NCBI GenBank assembly: GCA_051294375.1
Contig: CM119271.1
Span: forward strand, 6,178,335 to 6,234,399
Direction: 5' to 3'
Source: Paraspadella gotoi
Lineage: Eukaryota; Animalia; Chaetognatha
DNA: 56,065 nt
Shown here: positions 22,299 through 36,304 of the stretch, piece after piece
How the letters are laid out: every line of letters starts with the position of its first letter
Position numbering within the stretch: position 1 is the stretch's first letter
The notes under the pieces: model-generated
Databases searched by the model: none
The model's input: the letters and a program-made list of their open reading frames with translations, nothing else
What the model was told of the DNA's origin: nothing
Made by a program: the position numbers and the translations under genes

Positions 22299-25245
22299 TT
22301 TTAATCATCGTTCAATACAAGTTGTTTGGCTGGTCCGGACTTTTTAGCCCAGATGGACGGAAGTGAGTGACTTCGGTAAGAGAATCTAGAAAATTAAAAA
22401 AGGCAATTTTAAGCCGTTAATGGGATAACTTAAATGAAAAGCCAGGAAACGAGCTCAACTCTAAATCTCTCTTTCTTTCTCTCTTTCTCAAAAAGTAGCC
22501 TTTTCAGGCCGAATTTACGCCCAAAGCCCCACTCAGATACAGGTTCAGTCTTGTTCACAATGTTCAGTGTGAATCCTTTCCCCTCTTTATCTCCCTTTCT
22601 ATTTATATCTCTATCTTTCTTTCTATCTCTTTCTATCCATTTTCCTCTCTCTNNNNNNNNNNNNNNNNNNNNNNNNNNNNNNNNNNNNNNNNNNNNNNNN
22701 NNNNNNNNNNNNNNNNNNNNNNNNNNNNNNNNNNNNNNNNNNNNNNNNNNNNNNNNNNNNNNNNNNNNNNNNNNNNNNNNNNNNNNNNNNNNNNNNNNNN
22801 NNNNNNNNNNNNNNNNNNNNNNNNNNNNNNNNNNNNNNNNNNNNNNNNNNNNNNNNNNNNNNNNNNNNNNNNNNNNNNNNNNNNNNNNNNNNNNNNNNNN
22901 NNNNNNNNNNNNNNNNNNNNNNNNNNNNNNNNNNNNNNNNNNNNNNNNNNNNNNNNNNNNNNNNNNNNNNNNNNNNNNNNNNNNNNNNNNNNNNNNNNNN
23001 NNNNNNNNNNNNNNNNNNNNNNNNNNNNNNNNNNNAAACACAAAAAGAAATATTTAAAAAAAAAAACAAAGTCAAAGAATGTATGTATAAAGGAAGTGAA
23101 ATGATAAAGAATAAAGAACTGAAAAAGAAAAATAAAGAAAGAAACACAGGTCAAAGAGAAAGGAAAATAAAAAAAAAGGAAGAAAGCTGCGAAAGGAAAA
23201 AAAAAGTTATAAAAAAAGAAGAAAAACCACCGCAAAGGATAAAAAAAAAGGTAAGAAAAGAAAGAAAAATGTGAGGGAGAGAAAGCGAAGTAGTGGAAGG
23301 GCATATGTTTTTGCTTGGAGAGAGATCAATGTACAGATGCCAGCGAAGAGACGCCATTTTGAAAGTTGTTTCCCAGGAGACCAGAGGTTTTCGCCGTTGT
23401 CGTCGTCGTCGTCGTCCTCTTGTATTCTTTTGAGAGGAAAACCGAAGTCGCTGAACTTCGCCAAGCAATAAACGAATCTGCATCTCCTAAGACATTGATG
23501 CAACAGTTATAAGGCTTTCGGTTTTAAGTTGCTACTTGGGTGGGAGAAGCGCTCTTGGTCAATTTGGTCTCAAGCTGTCTGTCTGTCAGTGTAAGTGTCC
23601 GTTTAAGTTGATACTTGTAAAATGCTTAGACAGGTGGTTTAAAAGGAGACGCTACTTTTAAGGCGTCATACTTGTGTATTGTGAAATGTGTACCCACTAA
23701 TGATTATTTTCATGCTCGTTTTTAAAAATAAAGATATTAGAATANNNNNNNNNNNNNNNNNNNNNNNNNNNNNNNNNNNNNNNNNNNNNNNNNNNNNNNN
23801 NNNNNNNNNNNNNNNNNNNNNNNNNNNNNNNNNNNNNNNNNNNNNNNNNNNNNNNNNNNNNNNNNNNNNNNNNNNNNNNNNNNNNNNNNNNNNNNNNNNN
23901 NNNNNNNNNNNNNNNNNNNNNNNNNNNNNNNNNNNNNTTGGTTTCAGCTCTGTCTTTGACGGGAGAGAGTTTTTTATTTAAAAAAAAAAAAAAAAAAAAA
24001 GAATTGGCTCAAGTTCTTTTCTCGAAAATCTCTAACTTTGTTTTCGACGCTGAATTATTGTTTCTGTCCATTTGTTTTTCTTTCCCTCGTCTTCGTCGTC
24101 GTTTTCTTTCCCGTCGCCTTTACGTTTATCGCTGTTGTTGTTTATCTCGTAGTCGTCAGAGCAGAAACAGCGACAAAAGCGTTTTTCTGCGGCCCTCGTA
24201 GCCCCGAGGTTTCGCAACGCCTTTTCNNNNNNNNNNNNNNNNNNNNNNNNNTCCTTTACCCCCCGTCCCCTCTCCTATTACCATTTTCTCTCCTCTGTTC
24301 CGCCTCCTTCCAAGCCTCAACTCTGATGCCTCCTTTTCTTTTCTCCTCCTTCCTTTCCTCCCCTTTACTTTTCTCCCCTCTCCTTTCCTCCCCATTACTA
24401 TTCCCTCCTTTCCTTTCCCTCCCCATTACTATTCCCTCCTCCTTTCCTTTCCTCCCCATTACTATTTCTCCTCCTTTCCCCCCCTCTTCCTCCTCCCCCC
24501 CCCTTTACTCTTCTCCTCCTCCCTTGCCCTCCCTTTGCCTTTCCCTACCTTTACCTTCCCTTTCCCTTTACTTCGCCGCTCCCCGCCCCCCAAAACTTTT
24601 CTCTCCCTTCCCCCTTCCTGGTCCCCGACCATGCGACGACGGTGATAAACGATTGGCCCCTGGTAGCGGCTTCCGTTACGTCGCGATAACTGTCTCTCTC
24701 TAACTGAGTGTTCAACTGGTTGTGTTGTTCGTCTAGCGCGGAGCAAAGGAGAGGGTAGAACAGATAGAGAGGTGGAGAGGAAGACGGAGTGCAGAGAGAT
24801 GACGCCCCGATGGACCGTTTATAGTAAGTGGAGAATGACATTGAAAATAGACAGGGAAACAAAAAGAGAAAAAGACGGGAGGGATTAGGAAGAAAAGACG
24901 AGTCGGGGCCGATGTTTAATGAACATAATATAATATTATATAAAAGTTATAATATATATTACCCATATATACAATTTCGCAAATACGTATCTACCAGGTA
25001 CCCATGTGCCCGACTGTACCATTGACGACATGCTCCACAATAACTCAAATACTTCATTGCTCCTTTACTCATTGCTCAATTGATTCATTCTATTTATTGC
25101 TCCTTTACACGTTGCCTCTTTTTATCTGCTCAATTTGTTTGCCCCACCACTCTCTTTGGCAGTCGCCAGTCGGAATGTTCGGACAATTGGCGCGGCGTCG
25201 TGGAGAATCGATCAGGCGGAAAAAGGAGAGAGAGAGAGAGAGAGA

Positions 25246-25303
<58 letters not shown>

Positions 25304-25387
25304 TACCTGCCTCAATATAAAATGTAAATAAATTAGCAATGGTAGACGGACCCTAGGATAAAAGAAGAAGAAAGATGTTGTAGGAAA

Positions 25388-25442
<55 letters not shown>

Positions 25443-27149
25443 CGAGAGAGAGAGAGAGAGATTATAGAGAGAGACGAAGAGAGAAGAGAGAGTGTAAGAG
25501 AAATGTCGAAGAGAAAACGAAGAAGCTTGATGAACGCGGGGCAGAGCGAATGTCACCTTTCACACCTCTTCAGAAATTCAAAAGGCGGAAACGTCTAAGC
25601 TTTCCCGAAAGGGGAAAAGCGGGGGAGGGCCTCTGAATCAAGGAGGTGGGAAATGGGGGGTGCGTGGGGTGGAATCTAATGGAGTGAAGAGGGAGGTGGA
25701 GAAAAGCCTGTATAGGTTTCGCAACGGAACCATAGACGCGGGGAAAGAAACCGAACTGAGGCGACAACCCGGATTCGTTTTCCGGATTTTTTTTTTCCCT
25801 TCGCTTCGGAGAAACACGAAAAGTGAAGGATGACGTTGGTTTTTTAGGTCGGTGAATTTTTTTTCTCTTTTTTCCGCTGTCGGATTAACCTATCGATCGA
25901 ACAACTTTCGTATTTCACTCCGACGTAGTCACTACGCTCGGAAGCTCCCAATGGTGAGTGCGTCTCCTGTTATGAATTTCTTTACCCTTTATCCAACCGT
26001 CGAGTCCTTTCCATTTTAAAAACGACTTTCAACTTCAACCCTTAGTTCGGCGTACTCTTAACCTTTACCTTAACTCACACTTCAGCGTTACTGTAATTAT
26101 GCATGCTAAATTGAGAATTGTGGAATTTTGGAGGATAAGGCGCTACGTGGGCTGAAGACTTCTGGAACGTTCCGCGTGCTCGATGGTTTTCTTGGCCCTC
26201 AAGGTCTTACCGGCCGTCCTAATTCTTCTTTTTTCAGCGTGCGTGGGGATCGATCTCAGTGCTAATGGGTCATAAGATGATGACTAACTCAATGAGCTAC
26301 CGTTTTCAATGGTTATTTTGTTTTTGAACCTTGCAATGCCCGACTACATGCATGCTCTGCCTCAGTCCTTGACCCTTCATCCTCTAGTGTCAGTTTCGAC
26401 CTTCATCGTACCATTTCCATTAAACCTTTCCTTTTGAGTTTGACGCCCTCATCTCAACCAGGTCTCAACTCGTACTTGACCTCCGTCGTCGCTTCGGACT
26501 CGGAAGTTTGGCGAGATGGGTTTTTAACCTCGCATTTCGACCTTTCGATTTCCATTTTCCGACCACTCATTTTTCATCGTCTCGCATCTGAGATAATCCG
26601 ACACTGAGTTGACCCTGAGTACCTCGTTCCAGATCCGAGACCTTTGCGAACTGCGGATGATAACCAACTCGATATACTCGGTGATCGAAAAAAACACGGT
26701 TCAGCAGGAGAATCTTACCCCGCTTTGCATGCTATTTTTAGCCACTTGTTAGCCAATACACCGCTATTTCTTTTCCATTTAAAAAAAAAAAATAATGAAA
26801 CGATGTAAATAAATTTGCCAGTAGACTATAGCAATACTTTAAAGTTAGAATGTCAAAACAGAATTGGGAAAAAGGATAACCGTATATTAGCGTTGATGAC
26901 ACTCTCATTTCTGACTCATGCTTACGATTTGGAATAACATAATGATAATTGAAATTAAACATATAGAGAGTAAGCAAAAAAATGTTTACTTTTCTATAAA
27001 AAAAATTTTTACAATTACTTCAAAAAATGACATTTTAATGATAAATCCTAAAAATATTCTTTTTTTAATTGTGTTAAAATGACAAAATGTAAATAAGTGG
27101 GTTATTGTGGCGAATCCTAAATTCGCCTCCCCGTATAGCTTGGTGAAAC

Positions 27150-27352
27150 TCAGCTGTCCCATTGACTTGGACAGCTAAGTACTTGTTCACGACCGTGAGT
27201 TCCGGGTTCAATCCCCTACCGGTCACGCTGGTTAAAGTTGATGGTGTCATCATAAACACGCCAGTGACATGAGGTGGTCACTGCAGGTCCAAAGCCTTAG
27301 CGCCAGCTGTCGGAGATTCTTCACACCCCAGGCATCACACATGTTCCTCCCC
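27150..27352 (+). mobile_element. tRNA-derived SINE-like element
   Basis: Pol III B-box GGGTTCAATCC at 27204-27214, preceded by anticodon-arm-like GTTCACGACC; the head aligns with the element at 40218; hairpin AGCTGTCC/GGACAGCT at 27152-27176. Boundaries are approximate. Confidence 0.5.
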
Positions 27353-30300
27353 TTTTGCCATAGATTCCAATAAAATTGTAGAAATGGACCAGAAGATGGA
27401 TCTGATAGACCAAATGGTTTGCCCTATCTTGGTTTTTCCATCTTTCTCATTTTCTCCTTCGACAGAAGAGAAAAGAAATTGGATTGCGAAAAAGCTTTGA
27501 AAATAACTTAGGGTAAGTTATCACTAATCTGCTTGTTCGTTTTGGTGAAAGATTGTTTTTACATATATGTTTTATGTCTCTGAATCTCTGTAAAATCCAG
27601 CCATCCAATACGTATATTTTTTGGTATGAAAAAAGTGGCTACTTTTGTGAAATTTAAAGATAATTAAAATTTCTGTAATACTTAATCCTTGTAATCGAGT
27701 GTAGGCTAAGATCACGCAAATTCAGACCCATATCTTCCCTACCATCCTATTCTAAATAAAACACTCATACAGTTTACGTAGAACAATCCGCTGTCTGTAA
27801 CCTATTCCCCGTCTTGATAACTCCCTTCCCCACGGACGAAGGCAAAGTAGATGTCGTGCCAATTCCGCTGGCATCGCTCTGTAAAACCGAAGTTGAGAAA
27901 AAAACAAAATCTGTCCCGATCGACTTTGAGAATAAAACATCTGCTTAAAAAAGAGTTCCTTTTAATCGCGTCAGTTCAATGTCAAGGGCGTCGGCAGTTC
28001 CGGGCGGCGAGGCGGCTATAAAAAACGACCCTAAACTCAAAAACGGCAGAAAGCGACTGAAAAAAGAACCGGCGAGTTGAGAGTTAAAAGAGAAAAAAGA
28101 TAAGAAAAATAACTTCGACTTTATAAACTCGAACTCATATGGGAAATTTGCGCAAACAATTTTTTTAGTATACTTAGAGCGATGTTTATTACTAAAAAAT
28201 ATCCTTCACGAGCCTCCAAAAAACCAACGTCACTAGAAAACATGTAAATTTTGATGCATCACGATATATTAAACTTCAAAATAACGTAAAAAATTAAATA
28301 CTAACGTGATCGCCAAGCTCAAAAACCCAGGTCGCGAGAGGAAGTGCCCAGTAAGCAATTCCCTGACTCAGCGTCTCACACGACACAACCACAAGCCGTC
28401 GATTTATTTCAGGATCCCCTCGCCCTCGCTCTACTATCCCAAGATTTTATGACGCCGCCAAGACTTGGTAGCCAGCTGGACGCCCAACCATCAACCATCA
28501 ACAACAACCAGCCTATTAAACTCGAAAAATTAACTACGACATCGGCCTAGCTCTGAGAACCGCCAAACTACCGTCACATCGCGCATCGACCAATACCATA
28601 TATGTAGGCGTTCGAATCCACCGCCAGAAAAACCACTTTCGGCAACGAGAAAAAAGGCAGATTCGATCACCACGCCGATTCGACGACGACGACGTCACCA
28701 CTGACCGCTCTTCCTTTGCCAAAAGGATCCAGTCCCGCGGTTCAAGCGCTTGTTGTTGTTGTTGCTTGTTTCCGAGCGATTCCAGTTTTCCAAAACGCAT
28801 TTCCGTTTCTGCGCTCGGGAGGCCAAGCGGAAATCCCGCCACGCGGTCTTTCTGAAGCTGGTGGTTGGATTGTTTGGGGGGAGGTAGGGTTGGGGTTGGT
28901 CCACCGGGGGACAGAACATCAGAAGAGGGAGGTGGAACGAATTTAAAAAAAAGATTAATATATCGTCGTTTTGTCCAGTTAAGTAATATTTACTCACCCG
29001 CTGGAATGTTACGAACAAAATGAACTTCCACGCATTCCGAACCTAATCGCCTTATCAGCTCAAAGCTACTTTACAACAACGCCCATATAGATCTAGATGA
29101 CGGGGGCTCTCCACTGGAGAGCTCCAGTATCGCCAGACCGTCAACCACCCCAACTTCAAATTCTCCAAAAAGATTCGTAGCAAAAAGAAGGGATTCGATG
29201 AGAAAAGAGGAAAATACCAGCAAAAAAAACCCGGACTAAGAGCGTAAGATCGGAGGGCGGGTTGAGGGCTTATATGGTAAGGAGTAAGCTTAGGAGCGGC
29301 AGTTGCGGTTCCGGTCCCCGTCCGGAAAACAAGAGCGGCGACCGAAAAGACAAAAAAGGTGGAACTCGGGGTTCAAATATTCCGCGGACGACCGTTTAAA
29401 ACTCTCGCGCGGCTCGACCAATACATTTAAAAATAGGACATAAAACATTGCGCGGAAAACGCAATGGTTTTTATTTTACACGTTTCGGGGTCTGTGATGG
29501 GTTTAACCAGTGCGGGACTGTTTGGAAAATCTAGGCGTCTGTAACCAAGAAAAGGCGATTGTCACAGTGAATAGTAAGATAAAATAAGAAATAATAAGCT
29601 GGAAAAATTTTAAATTAATTTAACAATAATTTCAAACTAATGAAGGAATTTTAGTTATATAAATGTTATAATTAAAACATTAACACATCATTTCATTAAG
29701 TAAACAATATCTGATATAATTTTTTAACTTAAAACTTTAAATGGATTCACACATCGCAATTTTTTACATCATTGTAATGTTAAAAAAAATTATAATTAAT
29801 AATACTTTATCTATGAAAGGTATAAAAACAGATATAAATAATCATCCATTCATTATTAGGTTATTTAATAATTGTCCAAGCCTCAAGGACATGGCTATGC
29901 TGGCTTGTTTTAATACCAAACTTTGCTATATCTAAACAGTTACGCATAATAAATTTAGCCCTAGCCTAAAGCTTTCCTCATCAAGCCTGGATTGGTTTGA
30001 GCTGATTAAGTTTAACGAAGTCGTCCGTCATGTACGGCTGGCCCGAGGAAAAAGAAGCTCCGATACTCAAATGTTTAGCGCATACACTTTTTTCGTTCAA
30101 GTTTAAAAGATGACGTTCGAGTCTCAAAGCCAGACACACGTTTCTTTTCCCGCATTGTATAGCATACAACTGTACCATATTAGAACTCCACCCGCCGTGC
30201 CTCGAACATTTAATTAAATATTTCTTCATAGTTTTATAAACTAACTGCTCCTTCCTGGAACATTTTCAATCGACTAGTTACTTTTATGCGGCTTTATATC

Positions 30301-32917
30301 GTATATTCTTTTCGCTATTCATTTACTAACTTCTGCATTGTCTTACTTTATATCATTGATTTAACTCGCATGACGGAGCCTCGGAGCGCAGACATGAGAA
30401 AGTTCGGCAAGACTCCTTGGTAGATTCAGTGGAGGACGGCATGTAATTAGACTCAGGGCGGTCGTCGTTTTTCTCGTCGTTATAATGCTGCATGGCGTCG
30501 CACCGCCCAATGACCGGGCTCACTCTGATGCGTGAGCGATTAAGTAATCGTGGGGTCGTATGGGCTTGTATATGCGAAGTATGATATTGATATGAGTGCT
30601 TTTAAGATAGAATGCCTTTAATAATTAATTTGGTTGCCGGCCGTAGTAAGTAGAAAAGCCTGTTTGTTGATGGACACACTATGAAATTGCAACAAACCCA
30701 ATATAAAGTTATATAAATCGTTCTATATATGTATATGTCATGCCATGAAAAAAAACAGAAAACTGCTTGTTGAACCTTGTCCTTGTCTCTTTGTTATTAT
30801 CTTTCTATTCGCTTTAACAAACGTTTATTAAAGAAACGCTGACTCAGCTTTTCGCGTTGTTGTTGAAAGCTTGTAACCCATTAACGACTTGGCCAACGGT
30901 GCAGTATGATCTGCCGCGATCACTTATGAGGTGAAGTCGAGGCAGAGCAATAAGATTTGTACCTACACCGAACTCAGACAAATGTTAAAATCGTATTACG
31001 CGAAACATTATGCGAAATACCGTGACCCGTCGCAGTGGAAATGATTATGCCAACCGCAATGAGTTAATGACAATCGCCGACGCGAAGCGACCGCTGCGTC
31101 ATTAGGGTTTAATCTCAATCCTCGAGAATAAGAACCAGGCTTTTCTCTTTCTTTGTTACTACTTCTCTTTCTTTTTTCTATATCTTTCTTTCTCTTGATT
31201 ATCTTTTCAATTCTTCTCTCCGCTTCCGCTTTCTCTTCTTTCTTTCTTTCTTTCTTTCTTCTCTTTCTTTCTTATCTTTCTTTCAACTATTCGTTACATA
31301 ATCATTCTCACTCCCCACTCTATTTCCCTCTTTCGTCTATCATTCTGTTCTTATTCATTCTTTCTTCTCTCTCCAACTACTACTTCTCATCTCTACTCAC
31401 TCTTTCCTTCCCTACATCTCTCTCCTCTCTCTCTCTCCCTCTCATCTTCGTATTGATTCTTCAAGGAGCGCGACCATTAAAATTAAGCAGAGGGAAGATT
31501 AATTTGGAAAATAAAAGAGGAAGGAAGAAGACGAGAATGAATGAAGTAAAAGGAAAAGAGAATCTTCCGTCACTGGATTGCATAACGAACGCAATGTATC
31601 AAATTAAGACGTAATTATTCATTGTGACCCCGGTAGGAGGCGCTGTGACGGACGATAATGAACGGCCGTTCCGTTTCGGTCGGCGGATTCCGTTGGAACG
31701 TTTTACTCCGTAACAAAAAAATACCATAAGCCGATTAACGTCGGTTGTATGTACTCTTTCTTTTCCCCGGGATTAATTAATCGAAGATAAAAATCAGAAG
31801 AATATTTTTTTTTTTAAAAAAAGCAAAAGGCAGGTACATCTCGAACAAAACCTCTACCGTTTTTAAAATCGACTAATAAATAAATGATTTCTTTCGCTTA
31901 CGAAGTTTTTATTCGTTACCGAATTCCGATCGAATAAAAAAAAAAATTTAAAAAATTTTAAAATCGATTTTCGTTTTTGTTAAAGTTTCGATCTTATAAT
32001 TCATTATAATTTTTATATTGAGAAAATATTTTTAAAAAAAATTGTATATGAAATGTGGTACAACTAATTATAAAATTATCCATTCATTTAATAATAAGCA
32101 TATCTGCCCATTACTGTTGGACAGTTTTGTGGTTTAAGGCCTCCATCACTCTACAAGATTAATGGCAGGTCTCGCAAGCTTTTAATGAAGACCACTCACA
32201 GTCTGGTTTATACGATCCCAGAGTACCTGGCTTCCTTACTCAAGGGAAGTCGAATAAGTTTCAAAGAATATTTACATTCAAATTGCACAGGAGATTTAAA
32301 CGGGTTTCACGCTTGCTTTGTAAGTCCTATGCCTATGGGTTACATTAACGATTTATACTATGGTAATGGCAAAAAACAATTATAATTATAGCATGTTTAT
32401 CATAATTTTTTAGCCACACTACGAATAAGTAAGACGAATGTAATTAATGAAAAAGAATCAAATTATAATGAAAAAAATATTTCCTTGAACAATTTTAAAT
32501 GTGCAAATATCAAAAGTAAACCAGAAGCGCAGAGACGACCGCTGCCAGGAAGATTTGGCAAACGCTGCGTCTTTAGCAGTACGAGAGAAAACCGTGCACG
32601 GCACCAAATTCCAACAAGAGGGAGCGTCGCCGCGCTCACGCTACATATAGACTAGCACGTGATTCCACGAATGAAAGGTGGCCTGATCCAGCGAAGAGAA
32701 GACAACTCTGAGGGCGAGGCCGAGAAAAAGAGAGCGTTGGAACAAGGAAACTCGCCGAGACTGAAGTTGTGCGAGTCGGGATTGCGCAATGATGAGCTGC
32801 CAGAACCACGAGAAAATGACCAACGTGAACCGAAATTGATTACTTCTTTTAAAATCTTTTTTAAACAAGTTTGAGCATAAACAATGTCGGATCTGCAATT
32901 AAGAAAAGAGCAAGTTT

Positions 32918-33032
32918 AAAAAAATGATACAAGTTGAAAAAATGATGCGAATTTTAAAAATGATGCAAATTGAAAAAATGATATGAGTTGAGAAAAATGA
33001 TGTGAGTGAAAAAAACTGATGCGAGTTAAAAA
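32918..33032. repeat. Degenerate ~19-bp tandem repeat (AAAAATGATRYRARTTG)
   Basis: About six visible units. Confidence 0.7.
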
Positions 33033-33681
33033 AGATTTTAAAAAATTGTGACCCCTTTCACCTCATCTGATTAGCCCCTGATTACCGCTTTAATCTATCG
33101 TCCAAGCCACCACACCCTGTTTGCTCAAAATTGGTTCCCTCCTATATCAGGTTCACTAATCACCACTCCAATCAAAACCTGATTAAACAATGAAAGCGCA
33201 AAAAAAATTATTACTTAAAGTCTTGTCGGGGTTGACGAGTATGATTAATAACAAGTCGGCGTCACTCTCAATTCCCAATTATTTTACCAACTGCAATACT
33301 TTATATTCTTAAAAAATGAGAATTTTAATCTAAAGTAATTTTTTTGTGCAATCAACGTTTCATTTTAACAGTATTTAAAACAAACCTGAAAAGATATTCC
33401 AAAAAAACAATGAAATTTGTTGAAGTTGAAACTCAGTAGTTATTTTTTTCCAATGTTTTGAAAATCTGTTTCTTGAATGGATTCTGTTGAGCAGGACAAA
33501 AAGAAAAAAATAAACACGAAAAACCGATCTGGACGCAGATAAGATCTTTCGATTCGAGTAAACGATCTTTTTAAAACCGGCGAGGTTTTGTTGAGATGCA
33601 AAAAGTCAGGAAAGAAGAAGAAAAAAAAGATTAAAAAAAACACAGATTCTCTTTTCGGCGGAAAAAGAGATAAAAAGTGAA

Positions 33682-33740
<59 letters not shown>

Positions 33741-35692
33741 TGCGCGCGATGGGCGTCGTCGGTTGAATGAATAGGAGCGTGAAAAAAAAAATGCGATATT
33801 ATACGAGATGATTGAGAAGTGGGAGAAGTTTCTGTGGAAAGAGGGAAAGGGAGTGCGTACAAGTAATAAGAAATTGGTACGGCCAATATAGAATTATTCA
33901 TTCATCCAATAGATAAGCTATCTCGTTTTTGAACAGGCTTTGGTGAGTTAAAACCTCTTACGACGAGATAATAACGTCGCAGTGATTGTAAGCTTCGCAA
34001 TATGCTAGTGCTGCCGAGCGAAAGTGGAAAGGAGAGCCGGAGCAAAGAAGTGAGGAGTAAAATCATAGGAGCGGAGTAGTTAATGTGGGCAAGGCCAAGG
34101 GGAGATGGAGCGGTGATATCTCGTGTGAGTTGAGGCGCAGAGAAAAAGCGACACCTAGTCGTGAGAATTCAACGAGAAAAAAAAAAAAGATATCTCGAAA
34201 ATCATCCGGGAGAAGGAATCCGATTTGGTTCGGGCCAACGCTCGACGTCTCGAGTCTCGACTGGCGATTTAGACTTATGCGCCAGGCGCTGACAGGCATC
34301 AGGCATCACGTTTCGATGCGTCTCATTGGATAGACTCGTAAATGCGCGCGTCGAATGTTAAAAATCAGAAGCATAGATATTAAATAAGTTATCGTTAAGC
34401 ATTTTTTAGGGGTGGAGGATTCAGTGCAGTTTTACTTGAGACCGCAAATAAAATTTTAATAAATTACTCAAAAAATGATCAGTAATTAACACTACTGTGC
34501 ACGAAATGTATCCTCAACTTTAATAAGTTTTTAATAAGTAACTTCAACTTGTTTTAGATTTAAGAATTTCGCTTAAACAATATTAACGTCGAACTTTTGA
34601 TTAAAGGTTAACGACACAGCGGCCTGGGTGTATGGATACAAAGAGGGATTGAGGCGAGGACGTATGGACGTCATGACAGATAGACTCATGAGCAGCTTAA
34701 CGAACGGACAGACAAATGGACGCATGAGCGAATTCGCAGCAGATATATCCGACGCCGCAAACGAGAAAGATAGAAGAAAAAATTCTTTCATCGGGCGTCA
34801 ACTCGATTTCGCTTCAAAATCGCAATCGATGCGAAAACAGGCGTCAGGCGTCGAGACGGCCTGGCCGAGATTAATGCCGGATTAATGCCGGCGTGACTGG
34901 CCGAGAGATTAGCGTAGAGAAAGTCGAATTGATAAGTAATAGCAACTAAAGGGCGTTTAAAAATATTAAAAAAAATAAAGTAAATATATGGAAATTTAAA
35001 ACGGGATTAGAACATTGCATATGAATTAAATTATTATCACTTTCATGCGGGAAAGAATAAAAATCAATAGGTTTTAACAAATTTAAAAAAAAAAAAACCT
35101 ATTAGTTCTATTAAATGCTATTAAATATATTAAAAAAAAACTTGAAAAAAAAACATCCCCATTTTATATAAAAACTTGCAAGAAAAAAAAAACATTTTTA
35201 ATTAAAAAAAAAGAAGAAATTTTTCGATTCGCGATGCTCGTAGCTGTCGCGCTAAGAGAAGCGGCGCGGCCCGAGAGAGACACGCCCTCCCTGTCGCGCC
35301 ACGTTTCCGGTTCGTCAACCGCGACGTCAAAAGTGACGTCAACCGTGACCTCAACCCACGTAATTTCAGTCTTAAATCTCGGCTCCACTTCTTTTTTTTT
35401 ATTTTTTTTTTTTTTTTGCCCTGAAGTGACTTTTATTAGGAATTTTGGTTTTTATTTATTCATTTATTTCTTTCTTTTTTTCTTTCTTTATTTATTTTTT
35501 TTGGAGAGTATAATTTTATATATATTTATATATATGTATATATAGTATATATACATAGAAATGGTGAAAGAGGCAACGATTTCTCATCACAGAAAAAGGG
35601 GTAACCAGATTTTTTTCTTCTTGTACTAAAAAGATTAAATCTTCGGTCGGGTTGTTTCCGACTTCCTTTCTTTGATGGTCGAACATTTGTCG

Positions 35693-35731
<39 letters not shown>

Positions 35732-35824
35732 CGTGCCTTTTTTATTTGACACACTTCAATCTTCTCTCTTCTTTCTTGTCTATCACGTCGTCAGGTCATC
35801 TCTCGACCCTTCCCCATCTCTCTC

Positions 35825-35909
<85 letters not shown>

Positions 35910-36240
35910 CGCTGCTTCCGGCGTCGCCAAAAAAAAAGGCAACTTACGCTTTGCTGCTCCGGCCGATCGGCGCTCGTCGTTCGCGTCGTCGTCGGCGTCG
36001 TCGTCAGTGGAAATCGCAGTTGGGTCGAAAAGGTCAAAAGGTCAAGATGGTCAAGAACAAAAGGTCAAAAGGATGAAAGATCAAGAGGGTCTTCGGTCCC
36101 CCTAGCGGCAGCCGACCGCAAATGGAAACGAAAATTAGCCCGCGTTTCGAGATTTTGTCTCTTTTAATTTTGACTTTTCTCTTCTCTTTTTTTCCTTTTA
36201 CTCTCTTTTCGTTCTATCCTATCTTTTTAACCTATCTTTT

Positions 36241-36304
36241 TCTGCTTACAACAGACTCCGGCTCTACGATTCACTTTATCGGTCCGTTGGTCCCACCCCA
36301 AAAT
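36241..36304 (-). mobile_element. Inverted end fragment of HINE-like family B
   Basis: Reverse complement TTTTGGGGTGGGACCAACGGACCGATAAAGTGAATCGTAGAGCCGGAGTCT..AGCAGA matches 19341-19402. Confidence 0.6.

Noticed and set aside
27150-27225. Functional tRNA genes here and at 40218/49698
   Set aside because: B-boxes are present but there is no proper cloverleaf or acceptor stem; they are treated as SINE-like heads.
29981-30229. THAP or zinc-finger transposase fragment (VCAKHL)
   Set aside because: It lacks the other THAP signatures (CxxxC, P, W, AVP) and the frame is closed shortly upstream.
30873-31112. piggyBac-like MITE (TAACCCATTAACGAC ... GTCATTAGGGTTTAA)
   Set aside because: The inverted match is short and gapped, the left TTAA is imperfect, and there is no second copy in the window.
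32150-32260. Minus-strand LINE RT remnant (LPLSKEARYSGIV, similar to KYLG)
   Set aside because: A single weak motif followed by stop codons; insufficient without a search.
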